Shown: piece by piece, positions 54,486 to 64,000 of the stretch
Numbering within the stretch: the first letter of the stretch is position 1
Layout: every line of letters begins with the position of its first letter
Assembly: GCF_006345805.1 (NCBI RefSeq)
Contig: NC_042999.1
Coordinates: 106,702,001 to 106,766,000 of the forward strand
Direction of reading: 5' to 3'
DNA length: 64,000 nt
DNA from: Octopus sinensis
Taxonomy: Eukaryota
Translations under genes and position numbers: made by a program
Notes under the pieces: model-generated
What the model saw: only the letters and a program-made list of their open reading frames with translations
Databases searched by the model: none
Told to the model about the DNA's origin: nothing

Positions 54486-54834
54486 CTGTGTGTGCCCATG
54501 TATGCGTGTACGTCTGTGTTTCTCCCATTCGAAATTTTGAAAGGCATCATTAGTTATATACAAGATAATTAAAATATTTCATTCCGTTTTGGAAAAGCCA
54601 ACAATATTCTATATCAATCTTATGTGGGTGACTCACACTGAGTAACATATTGGCCATATTTCAATCAGTCGCTAGTGATTCGGGTACCTGGTAAAAGAAT
54701 TCGTAAAATAAACCCGCTTGTCCTCAATTAAATGAAACTTGGATACACACACAAGCACACCATTTGTGTGTGCATGTGTGTGTATGTGTGTGCGTGTATG
54801 TGTGTGTGTGTGTGTGTGTGTGGTGTGCGTGCGT

Positions 54835-55088
54835 GAAGAGGTATGGCCTTGTGGTTAGGGTTCGATTCCCGAACCGGGAATGGGGGCGTTATGGTCTTGA
54901 GCAAAACACTTCATTTCATGTTGCTCGGCAACCATTTCGACATCTGGCGTGTCACACTCTTCAGCACGTGTACAGGAAATGTCGCTTTGACGGAGGGAGA
55001 GAGATAATGTACAGCACGTACATTTGATCATTATAAACAAATCACTTGAGAAGGGTGTTCAACAAAAACTGAACATCCATACATCGTC
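54835..55088 (+). mobile_element. tRNA-derived SINE (family D)
   Basis: tggccttgtggttagg and ggttcgattcccg (A/B boxes), then gtcttgagcaaaacacttcatttc resembling a CORE/V-type central domain. Confidence 0.55.
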
Positions 55089-55108
55089 TTCGATGGGAGA
55101 AGCCACTT

Positions 55109-55202
<94 letters not shown>

Positions 55203-55638
55203 ACACAATTATCTAAGCTTATACAATGGTATATCAAAGCACAAACTGAATCAACTTGATACAATGTGTCAAGTCTGGTTTACAGTCGTTTGATTTACAG
55301 AAGGTAATCCGGAGAGAAAGAAAGGCGTAGAAATGATCTTAGTACTAGACTGATATTTTATTTATTGATCCCCAAAAGAGGTAAAACTAAAGCTAGCCTA
55401 ACCTTGACAGTATTTGAACTGGGAGCAGAGACCCAGAACAAACATATATGTACGTACGTACGTATGTATGTATGTATGTATGCATGCATGCATGCATGCA
55501 TGTATGTATGTATGTATGTATGTATGTATGTATGTATGCATGCATGTATGTATGTATGTATGTATGTATGTATGTATGTATGCATGTATGTATGTATGTG
55601 TATGCATGCACGTTTGTATACATGTATATATATATATA

Positions 55639-56035
55639 TCAGCATTGCCCAAATGATGTTGGCATCACCTTTAAGGTACATCCAAGGCTGGGCCCCGTGC
55701 CATCCGCCCAAAACAAAAATCGCACTCTCATCTCATAACAAAATACGGCACAATTATTTCACCTCAATTGGCCCGCTCTCTTTAACATTACACCAAAACA
55801 CATTAAAACAGAAACTGACCCTATAGGGTTCAAGAAGTCTTTGGACAGATTCCTTCAAGAAATCCCGGATAAACCCCCTACACCCGGATATGTCTCTGTA
55901 AACAATAACTCTCTACTTGAGTGGGCCATAGTGCCCAAATTCTGACTTGAAAGACTTCACCAGGTGGTGCTATTAAGTTAGACATGGCCTGGGCCAATAA
56001 TGGCCGAAACCTATCAAAGTATCAAAGTATCAAAG

Positions 56036-56037
<2 letters not shown>
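55639..56037 (+). mobile_element. 3' end of a CR1-like LINE with (TATCAAAG)3 tail
   Basis: FKKSLDRFLQEIPDKPPTPGYVSVNNNSLLEW C-terminus; 3' stem-loop ggccaataatggcc-gaaac; tandem 8-mer tail. Confidence 0.8.
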
Positions 56038-56069
<32 letters not shown>

Positions 56070-56108
56070 CACACACATACATATGTATATACACTGATAT
56101 ATATATAT

Positions 56109-56142
<34 letters not shown>

Positions 56143-56620
56143 ATATATATACCCTTACATATGTACATATATTTATATGCACATGTACATGTATACATAC
56201 ATATACATATACGTATAAATAAATAAGTTTACAGATATACATATACACATACACATATACACATGTGTACACACTCACATATACATAAACTCATACATAC
56301 AGAAACGCATATAACTTCCAGTCAAAACAGTACAATGCATGCCATTGGAACCTACTACGGTGATGGACAGAGTAACAAAAACGTTGTACAGGCTTTTGTT
56401 ACTTAATTCCAATGACGTATAGACGTCTTACTATCATTTCATTTCTTAATCTGTTTTATATTCTATAAAGTCCTATGGTGATGGACATGTGGTGTGAAAA
56501 GTCATTTCCGTGCACATGCAAGGATGAAAGTAAATCTGAACAATCAGGCTAAATGTAAAACGTCTATCATCTGACAATATAAGGCAAATTATCATGTATG
56601 TATATTTGATATATATATAT

Positions 56621-57786
56621 ATAAAACTGAGAATGTGTGTCTGTCTGTCTGTCTGTGTGTTTCCCTAAAACTTGAGAACTACACAACCAATTTCATTCAA
56701 ATTTTACACATGCCTTACTTAGTGTCCATGTAGTTTCATGGGCAAAAAAAAAAATGTTCAACTTCTTGCCTAGAGCGAGCCCATAGCAATATCATATCTT
56801 CACCACTATTTCAGTATTACGTGTTAAAAGTGAAACAAAAACATTTCTCTATTTTATGTCAGATACTTTCACTTTAACAATAAAAATAATAATAGCAATT
56901 GAATTATATGTAGTAAGTAATAATTAAAATCAAACTAAAGTATAATATAACCGTAACATAACAAAAGTAAAAATAGCAATTGGTATAAAATTGCATCAAT
57001 GAGCTTTAGTTATTGTTTAAAAATTGAATTGTGTCCCTGTTTGGGGAAATTGACAATATTTTCACCGTTTACACGGAAGCATTTTTGTTAGAATGCCTTC
57101 GATAGAAGAAAGTCCAAAAATGAATTTCGCTGCAGCCGTCGGTGGGCGCGAACTCACTGAAATTAAAAATGGAAGAAATACGGATTGATCACCGGCAAAG
57201 ACGGTGAATCTAGGATAACACCACCAAACGAAATAAAAAATTAAATTAAAGAAAAGACAATTGTCTATAAAGTATACAATGTAGAGAAAAAAGATTTGAA
57301 CACCTGGAGGAAAGCACCATCGAAAAGTGTCTTGGTGCGACTATGAAAGATATCTAACTAGAGGTGGTAAATTCGCCACAATAGAAGCAAGGTTCGAGTC
57401 AACGGAGCGTGCAAGGGAGTACTCGACTCGAACCTTACAAAGTGGAAATATTTTATTTTTACCTTTATATCTGGGACGTAACACGTCCCGGATAAAAATT
57501 TAAAATGTCCCCACCAGAAGTAGAGGTGGGCTGGATTGTAGCCACACTTCTATACAAGAGGGAGGACAAGATACAATTGATCGAAATTGAAAGAGACGGG
57601 CCTACAATTCCAGTCTGTTATATATTTTGAGTATTGTTATCACTAGCGATATCAAGATATAACTTTGTATTTTGTATTTTATGTGTAGATGTATATAAAT
57701 AGATATACATGTAATATGTACACATATATATACACATATATACATGCACTAGCACTATGACTCGGCAGCGACGTGTCATAATGCTA

Positions 57787-57788
<2 letters not shown>
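56621..57788 (+). mobile_element. putative Helentron/DINE-like non-autonomous element with a nested LINE fragment
   Basis: 5' ataaaactgagaatgtgtgtctgtctg ((GTCT)n motif); 3' hairpin actagcactatgac...gtcataatgctagt at 57748-57788. That both ends belong to one element is inferred. Confidence 0.35.
57251..57600 (+). pseudogene. Tx1-like ORF1 fragment
   Basis: With frameshifts: EKTIVYKVY...TIEKCL...GGKFATIEARF...PLYLGRNTSRIKI*NVPPEVEVGWIVATLL, collinear with ORF1 at 63204-63986 (KTIIFKTY...IEKCL...GKKFGTVEVRF...PYYMGMRTSRIKITRVPPEVEPMWL). Confidence 0.75.
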
Positions 57789-57843
<55 letters not shown>

Positions 57844-57876
57844 CATGTACATATATATATACATATGTATAAATAC

Positions 57877-58002
57877 CAACTACATGGTTCCGAGTTCAGT
57901 CTCACTGCGTTGCACCTTGAGTGAATGTCTTCTACTATGGCCTCGGGCCGACCAAAGTCTTGTGAGTGGATTTGGTAGACGGAAACTGAAAGAAGCCCGT
58001 CG

Positions 58003-58033
<31 letters not shown>

Positions 58034-58243
58034 GTGTGTGTGTGTGTATGTACGTGTGTCTGTATTTGTCCCCCAACATCGCTTGACAACCGATGATTGT
58101 GTGTTTACGTCCCCGTAACTTAGCGGTTCGGCAAAAGAGACTGATTGTATAAGTACTAGGCTTATAAAGAATAAGTCCTGATGATGGATTTGCTCGACTA
58201 TAAACGGTTCTCGACTATAGGCGGTGCTCGACTAAAGGCGGTG
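57877..58243 (+). mobile_element. SINE family A lacking its 5' start and final tail
   Basis: Matches about 18535-18832; ends in a triplicated ctcgacta(t)aa-ggcggt unit. Confidence 0.8.
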
Positions 58244-58247
58244 ATAT

Positions 58248-58660
58248 ATGTGTGGAAGATACTGGCGGGCTGGAAATGAGAGTTATACCAAACCACGAAA
58301 TGGACGTCACTGTATTGTTCCAGATGTCCCAGATGTTTCATGTAAGGCGAGGATCATGTACTGCAATAACTTGAGATTCAAGGGCCCACATCTATTTAAC
58401 TCCTTGCTGAAACATAAACATCTGAGGGATCTCCTTGGAGTGGGAATAGATGTTATCAAGAAGAAAAAATTGACCTCTTGCTATCCAAGATACCACATGA
58501 ACCAATATCAAAGCAGGAAACTCAAAAGAGGGCAGCGGCATCGAACTCCCTCCTCCACCAAAAGTCAATGACAAGGAATTAGCCAATTAAAAGGTGATTA
58601 CACTGGCGGTGGCCCCGCATGGCCGCAGCCTCAAGGTTGAAACATATAAAAGACAAAAAG
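58248..58660 (+). mobile_element. CR1-like LINE 3' fragment
   Basis: NNLRFKGPHLFNSLLKH...LRDLLGVGIDVIKKK C-terminal motif; ends ggcggtggccccgcatggccgcagcctcaaggttgaaac. Confidence 0.7.
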
Positions 58661-58984
58661 AATAAAAGTATGTATATCAAGATGTTTGTGCGGATACATA
58701 TGTATGTATATATATATATACATACATATGTATCCGCATAAACATCTAGATATACATATAAATATATATATATATATATATACATATATATGTATGTGTG
58801 TGTGTGTGGATACATAAACACATACATATATACAGTGAGACAGAAGGAGAGAGTGAGTGAGATACATGCAGAAACATCCAAACACGTAACAATATCTAGA
58901 GAGAGTGTACACACATAGAAACTCACATACATATTGCTATATTAGAATACAAATTGTACCGAAACAAAGACACAATACATATAT

Positions 58985-59166
58985 ATTTCTTTACTACCCA
59001 TAAGGGGCTAAACACAGAGGAGGCAAACAAGGACAGACAAAGGGATTAAGTCGATTACATCGACCCAGTGCGTAACTGGTACTTAATTTATCGACCCCGG
59101 AAGGATGAAAGGCAAAGTCGACCTCGGCGGAATTTGAACTCGGAACGTAACGGCAGACGAAATACG
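58985..59166 (-). mobile_element. 5'-truncated SINE family B abutting the Tx1 3' end
   Basis: Reverse complement of the 52590-52761 region. Confidence 0.85.
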
Positions 59167-59441
59167 AATTTCTTTATTGCCCACCGGGGGCCAAACATAG
59201 ATATGGACAGTACAACTGATGGGATCAGTGAATCGATATGATTTTACATAAATGTGACATCAAAAATAAAATACAATACATAAAAATCGAATGGAATACA
59301 CAGTACAAAAACAATACAAATGAAGCGATGATCAAGTTACGCTCCGATCCCACAAGCCCCGATCTACCGCTGATACCTTTTTATTTTTCCTTTTTTTTTT
59401 TTTTCCTCGTCTATTCACACGGTTCCTTGCACGCACAACAC

Positions 59442-59925
59442 TCATGCAACATACTTCCATCTCTTTTGGAACGTACACTCTGACAGACACCTCTTCTCCA
59501 GCCACAGTTTCCTTTTCAAATGAAAAGAAAAAAAGGATCGTAAATTGTCACCAGAGATAAAGTTGCCTGTCTTAATTCCTTTTATCCTAGTATTCCATAC
59601 AGCCTCTTTTGCTATTGCTACAACCGTGAGAAAACAATTCTTACCTTCGTTCGTTAGAACTCCCGGTGGGTCAATTTTTATAATTGACTCAGTCGACAGC
59701 CGTACTCTTCCTTCGCCGGACAACAGATGTTCAGCATAAGCCCACATTTCAGTTATCTCCGGACACTGAACAATAGCGTGAGGGACGGTTTCCCTGTCCC
59801 CACCGCATCTTGGACAGGTCGGCGACTGACGTTTACCATGTCTTGCGAGCTTATCCCAAACGGGCAAGGCACCTCTGTAGCATTGCCAGGTTAAGGACTT
59901 TTGGAAGTTGTCCAACGTTCTCAAC
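59442..59925 (-). CDS. Tx1 ORF2 C-terminus (CCHC zinc-binding domain), out of frame with the main ORF2
   Basis: LDNFQKSLTWQCYRGALPV...CPRCGGDRETVPHAIVQC; homologous to the 35339-35900 region of the other copy. Confidence 0.85.
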
Positions 59926-62818
59926 CGAATGTACGATGAAACAAGCTGTCCAGTTGAATAAATCCGAGACCTAGAGTCGACCCCAGGCCATCGTCGCATT
60001 CAGACTCTACCAACCCACTATATAAAATCCGTGTGGAACCCCCACCGCTGGCGTTGCCCGAGCGCCGGAACAGCAAGAGGGCCTTACGGCACTCTTTATG
60101 CCACTCACTCGACCTCGGTCTACGAGAACACCAGGCTTCCTGTTCGCAAAAACTCTTGAACTCAGGGAACATTTGTCTGGCCAGCGGAGACCACACCCGT
60201 TCACTATCCAGGAAAATCCAGAGGTGCCTCAACCTCAACGCATGTCTGCGCATCATTAACCAAGGCATCCCTAAACCTCCATTTAAAGGCTTTTGACAGC
60301 AGACAGAGCGTTTCACAAGTGGCGACCTGCCCTTCCACAAAAAGCGAAAGAGCTGTCTCTCCAACCTGATGAACCACGAATCCGGACAGGGCACGACAGT
60401 CAGGCGGTAGGTAATGACCGATGCGATAAACACATTGGCCACTTCCGCCCTCCCTTTCAGGGATAGCCACCGCCAAGACCAAGTCTTGACTACTGCAGCC
60501 ACCCTGCTCAATACCTCCGTCCAGTTCTTCTCTATCTGGAGGCCTGGTCCAAACCAGACTCCCAGCAACTTAACCGGTCCCTCCGTCCAGCGCCTAACAA
60601 CACTGTCTGAAGGCATCGACTTGCCAACCCAGGTGCCGAGCTGCAAGCCGACCGACTTTTCCCGGTTAATCTTTGCTCCTGCTACCTCCTCGTAAGCCTC
60701 AATAGTCTTACCTACTTCACGTAGGCGTACCACTGTGGTTACACTGATAGTGATATCATCCGCGAAAGCCGTAACAAACTCCTCTAGTCCTGGTTCTCTC
60801 GGGATGCCACTCAACCTTTGCAGTAATGGCTCGAGAGCCATCACATACAAAAGTGGTGAAAGCGGACATCCTTGACGAACCGAGCGTCTGATGCAGAACG
60901 GCTTCGAAAGGAAACCGTTCACCCGAACTATCGAGTCAATGTTGTGGTACAAAGCGATAAACCACCTGAGGAAGCCAAGGCCCAGGCCAAACCGCGCAAG
61001 TACAGTCGCTAGGTATCGATGGTCAACCCTATCAAAAGCTTTAGACTGGTCCAAATGCACCAATGCCCCACCTTTGCCAGATTTATTACCAAACCTCTCT
61101 ATGGTATAGCGAATAAGATGGAGGGTATCCTGAATGGTTCTGCCTGGGATGGCACATGTCTGTGCCTCCCCGACTATACCATTCGCGACACGCGCCAACC
61201 TTTTTGCTAGAACCTTGGCCAAAATCTTCACTTCTGCATTTAACAGAGTGATGGGCCTGAAATTCTCTAGAACGTCCCCCTTGTCCGGGTCCTTTCTGAC
61301 CAACGTCACTACTCCCCGGCGCACAGATCTGGGGATAAACCCATTCTGTTTCCAGTTCGCGTACACGTCAGTCAGTAGTTGCCCGAACAAGTCTGGCATA
61401 CATTTATACAGCTCGTACGGAAGACCATCAAGTCCCGGTGACTTACCCGCTTTACAATCGGCCAAAGCCTCCATCACCTCCTCAAGTGTGATTGGCCCTT
61501 CGCAAGACTTCGCATCCGACCCCGAGAGGCACGGCAGCCCGGTAAGAAAGTCCTCGAGGGCTCTCCCACCACCAGGACCGCCGTCACCCCCGAACAGCTG
61601 GGCGAAGTACTCCCGAAAGACCTCACACATTTTCTCGGGTTCGTTTATCAAGACACCATTTTGATTCGTCAAAGACCGAATAGAGGAACTATTTCCTTGC
61701 CGAGCTTCCACCACTCGGGCCCATCCAGCGGCTTTGATTCCTTCACTTCCCATTGCACGTAACTTAGCTCTGGTAATACTTCCCATGTGGTGGGCTTCAA
61801 GATGCTGGTTTAACTCCAGTCTTTTCACCCTCGCTTGGTCTGTATTACCAGTCCTCCAGGCTTCTTCTAGTTCCTTAACTAGACCATCTCCTATTTTACG
61901 TCCCTTCTTAGCTAAACTTATGCTAAACCTAATAGACTCATATTTGATGGCTCTTTTTAGGGCGTACCACCATTTGTTATTAATGATGGTACCTGTTAAT
62001 GCCCTCTGTATTAACATCTTGATCCGCTTTCTGTACTCCTCAATCGCCAAAAGGGACGTATTGAGTTTCCAGTAGCCAGATCCCTGTCTATGCAACTTAT
62101 CTACCGTCAGTTTACAGGTAACCATCTTGTGGTCACTGTAGCTGACTAGAAAAAACTGTGGACACTCGACTATGGACTTATCTTTTTCTCTAATTAAAAT
62201 CCTATCTAGATATGTTCTGGTAGACCCGTCACTATTTGACCACGTCCACTGTGGAGTGTTCGGGTGCTCCAACCTATATGGATCTGCTAGCTGAAATTGA
62301 CTTAGCAGATCCCGAAAGCCTGTGTTACATTTTCTGTTCATGTTCGAGTTTGAGCCAACACAATCTGTGTGTGCTGCACATATTGTATTAGAGTCTCCTA
62401 ACACTACTAGTGAATGCGACGTGGCTAGGAACTTTCCTAGGCCACGAAAATATTCAGTTTGCGGGCCAATAATGTTTGGTGCATAAATAGCGACCAGCCT
62501 GATTGTCTTGCCACAACTGAATGTCAAGTCGAGAACGACCAGCCTGCCTTCTGGGTCAGAAAAAACCAACTTTTTCTCGGCTACCCGGTTTTTTTTTAGT
62601 AGGACCAACACCCCACCCCCACCTCCCGCCCGACTCGGAGAAACGTATTTCTCGTAGCCGTTCAGGAGGGGGAGCAGATCTCTTGGCCCCTTCACCCGGG
62701 TTTCCGTTGCAACAATTACATTCAAATTTCTCGACCTGATGTCATTCAGAAAGCGTCCTTGCTTCCAGCTTGACAACAGGCCATGAACATTTAAACAACC
62801 AATGTGAATAGCCATCAC
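59921..62818 (-). CDS. Tx1-like ORF2: AP endonuclease + reverse transcriptase (965 aa open)
   Basis: GCLNVHGL, VATETR, VLGDSN, RTYLDRI, YSDHK (APE); GYWKLN, KSPGLDGL, RPITLLN, LDQSKAFDRVDH, SVRQGCPLSPLLY, AFADD (RT). Confidence 0.93.
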   Translation of the reverse strand: MMAIHIGCLNVHGLLSSWKQGRFLNDIRSRNLNVIVATETRVKGPRDLLPLLNGYEKYVSPSRAGGGGGVLVLLKKNRVAEKKLVFSDPEGRLVVLDLTFSCGKTIRLVAIYAPNIIGPQTEYFRGLGKFLATSHSLVVLGDSNTICAAHTDCVGSNSNMNRKCNTGFRDLLSQFQLADPYRLEHPNTPQWTWSNSDGSTRTYLDRILIREKDKSIVECPQFFLVSYSDHKMVTCKLTVDKLHRQGSGYWKLNTSLLAIEEYRKRIKMLIQRALTGTIINNKWWYALKRAIKYESIRFSISLAKKGRKIGDGLVKELEEAWRTGNTDQARVKRLELNQHLEAHHMGSITRAKLRAMGSEGIKAAGWARVVEARQGNSSSIRSLTNQNGVLINEPEKMCEVFREYFAQLFGGDGGPGGGRALEDFLTGLPCLSGSDAKSCEGPITLEEVMEALADCKAGKSPGLDGLPYELYKCMPDLFGQLLTDVYANWKQNGFIPRSVRRGVVTLVRKDPDKGDVLENFRPITLLNAEVKILAKVLAKRLARVANGIVGEAQTCAIPGRTIQDTLHLIRYTIERFGNKSGKGGALVHLDQSKAFDRVDHRYLATVLARFGLGLGFLRWFIALYHNIDSIVRVNGFLSKPFCIRRSVRQGCPLSPLLYVMALEPLLQRLSGIPREPGLEEFVTAFADDITISVTTVVRLREVGKTIEAYEEVAGAKINREKSVGLQLGTWVGKSMPSDSVVRRWTEGPVKLLGVWFGPGLQIEKNWTEVLSRVAAVVKTWSWRWLSLKGRAEVANVFIASVITYRLTVVPCPDSWFIRLERQLFRFLWKGRSPLVKRSVCCQKPLNGGLGMPWLMMRRHALRLRHLWIFLDSERVWSPLARQMFPEFKSFCEQEAWCSRRPRSSEWHKECRKALLLFRRSGNASGGGSTRILYSGLVESECDDGLGSTLGLGFIQLDSLFHRTFG

Positions 62819-62826
62819 TTACCTGT

Positions 62827-63174
62827 TTAATTAGGATTGTCCGGTGGAGGGGGACCCTCCACCTTTTTTTTATCCAGGGTCGGAGGTGGACGGTCTTGGG
62901 AAATAGATTTGTCAAAATCCCGTCTCACCACCGACACAGAATTATCAGGTGGAGGGGGAATCTCCACCTTTTCCTTTTCTCGCGGGATCGGAGCTGGTAA
63001 TCCATGAAATATCGACTTGTTAAAATCTAATCTCAATGAAGATACAGTCTTTCTGTACTTATTTTGTAGAATTCTATAAGTCTTATTTGAGACTTCATAT
63101 ATGTCGTAATTGATAAATTCCTCTGAAAGGTTATCAATTTTTTTTACAGTCTTTATGAGTTGAATGTCTCTCAT
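62827..63174 (-). CDS. Tx1-like ORF1 C-terminal part (proline-rich), after an apparent frameshift
   Basis: The frame stays open upstream of its ATG (EEKGIIAVYTKDTEL) into the purine run where ORF 63204-63986 ends. Confidence 0.6.
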   Translation of the reverse strand: MRDIQLIKTVKKIDNLSEEFINYDIYEVSNKTYRILQNKYRKTVSSLRLDFNKSIFHGLPAPIPREKEKVEIPPPPDNSVSVVRRDFDKSISQDRPPPTLDKKKVEGPPPPDNPN

Positions 63175-63203
63175 GAGCTCAGTATCTTTAGTGTATACGG
63201 CTA

Positions 63204-63986
63204 TTATGCCTTTTTCTTCTTTTTCTCTTCTGGCAGTCTTTTTTGGTCGTTGTTCTGTAGTAGTCGCCGCTCTCGGCTGGGTTGCTGGTTGTATTTTTCT
63301 TTTGTTTGTTGTTTTTTTCTCATCTGTTTCTTCTTATCTTCTTCCTCTTTGTCTTTTTTCTCCTCTTCCTCCTCTTCTTCATTTTCCTTGCAGTTCCTTC
63401 GAATGTGGCCTAATTGACCACATAAAAAACATCGAGGTTTTCGGCCCTCAACAAACACCACGAGGTTCTCCTCCCCTACCTCAATTGTCTCAGGAATTGT
63501 TTGAATTATTTTAGGGTCCGCTTGAATGAGAAGATTAATTGTTTTACCATCCCAGCGTGGGTTTTCCGTAGCGGTAGCCTGGAGGAGAGTAATTTTTTCT
63601 ACCTCTTTGATTAGGACTGCCGCCAACAACCACATAGGTTCGACCTCTGGCGGGACCCTTGTAATTTTTATTCGCGACGTCCTCATCCCCATATAATAGG
63701 GTATTAACTCCACGTCGTTCGTTTTCAACGTTTCCACTGAGTTCTTGTGTGCTATTTCTTTATTGGTGAACCTTACTTCCACCGTTCCGAATTTTTTTCC
63801 TCTTCTCAGAAATACTACGTCGCCCAATATTGGCTTTAAGCACTTTTCTATTTTCTCTTCTGACATTCTTTCAATTTTTCTATTTTGTAGACAATATGTT
63901 TTGAAAATTATTGTTTTTTGCTTTTCTTCCTGTAATAACTTTTGCGGAGGTTCAATTTTCACACTGTTGTCATTTATTTCCATCAT
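63204..63986 (-). CDS. Tx1-like ORF1 (gag-like, CCHC zinc knuckle)
   Basis: CFLCGQLGHIRRNC zinc knuckle; directly upstream of ORF2; homologous fragment at 57251-57600. Confidence 0.85.
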   Translation of the reverse strand: MMEINDNSVKIEPPQKLLQEEKQKTIIFKTYCLQNRKIERMSEEKIEKCLKPILGDVVFLRRGKKFGTVEVRFTNKEIAHKNSVETLKTNDVELIPYYMGMRTSRIKITRVPPEVEPMWLLAAVLIKEVEKITLLQATATENPRWDGKTINLLIQADPKIIQTIPETIEVGEENLVVFVEGRKPRCFLCGQLGHIRRNCKENEEEEEEEKKDKEEEDKKKQMRKKQQTKEKYNQQPSRERRLLQNNDQKRLPEEKKKKKA

Positions 63987-64000
63987 TTTGCTGTATTTCA

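Larger units (their letters stand above)
59167..64000 (-). mobile_element. near-intact L1/Tx1-like LINE (5' end outside the window)
   Basis: ORF1 + ORF2 + 3' UTR with aataaa; only two apparent single-base frameshifts. Confidence 0.93.

Overview
AT-rich, microsatellite-dense animal non-coding DNA, most likely an octopus/cephalopod genome (inferred from the SINE families and repeat profile, not verified). No host protein-coding gene can be supported. Nearly all ORF-track entries are microsatellite translations or transposon remnants. The window holds: a near-full-length R4/Dong-type (RLE) LINE inside a (TAA)n array (20109-23990, +); two L1/Tx1-like LINEs, one 5'-truncated inside (GATA)n (34977-38564, -) and one near-intact, with a CCHC ORF1 and a 965-aa open EN-RT frame (59167-64000, -); fragments of R4, RTE, CR1-like and Penelope-like (PLE) elements; Tc1/mariner and Helitron-like remnants; many tRNA-type SINEs; and a full-length U6 snRNA pseudogene fused to a SINE. 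The most striking unannotated signal is about ten type I hammerhead-ribozyme (HHR) motifs from at least six sequence families, found by hand. Most have palindromic stem III (dimer-type), several lie in fold-back duplications, and three carry a recurrent non-canonical CCGANGA core. HHRs in PLE terminal repeats are established knowledge. The density, the core variant and the fold-back geometry here are what deserve testing. Coordinates were read by eye and may be off by a few bases.
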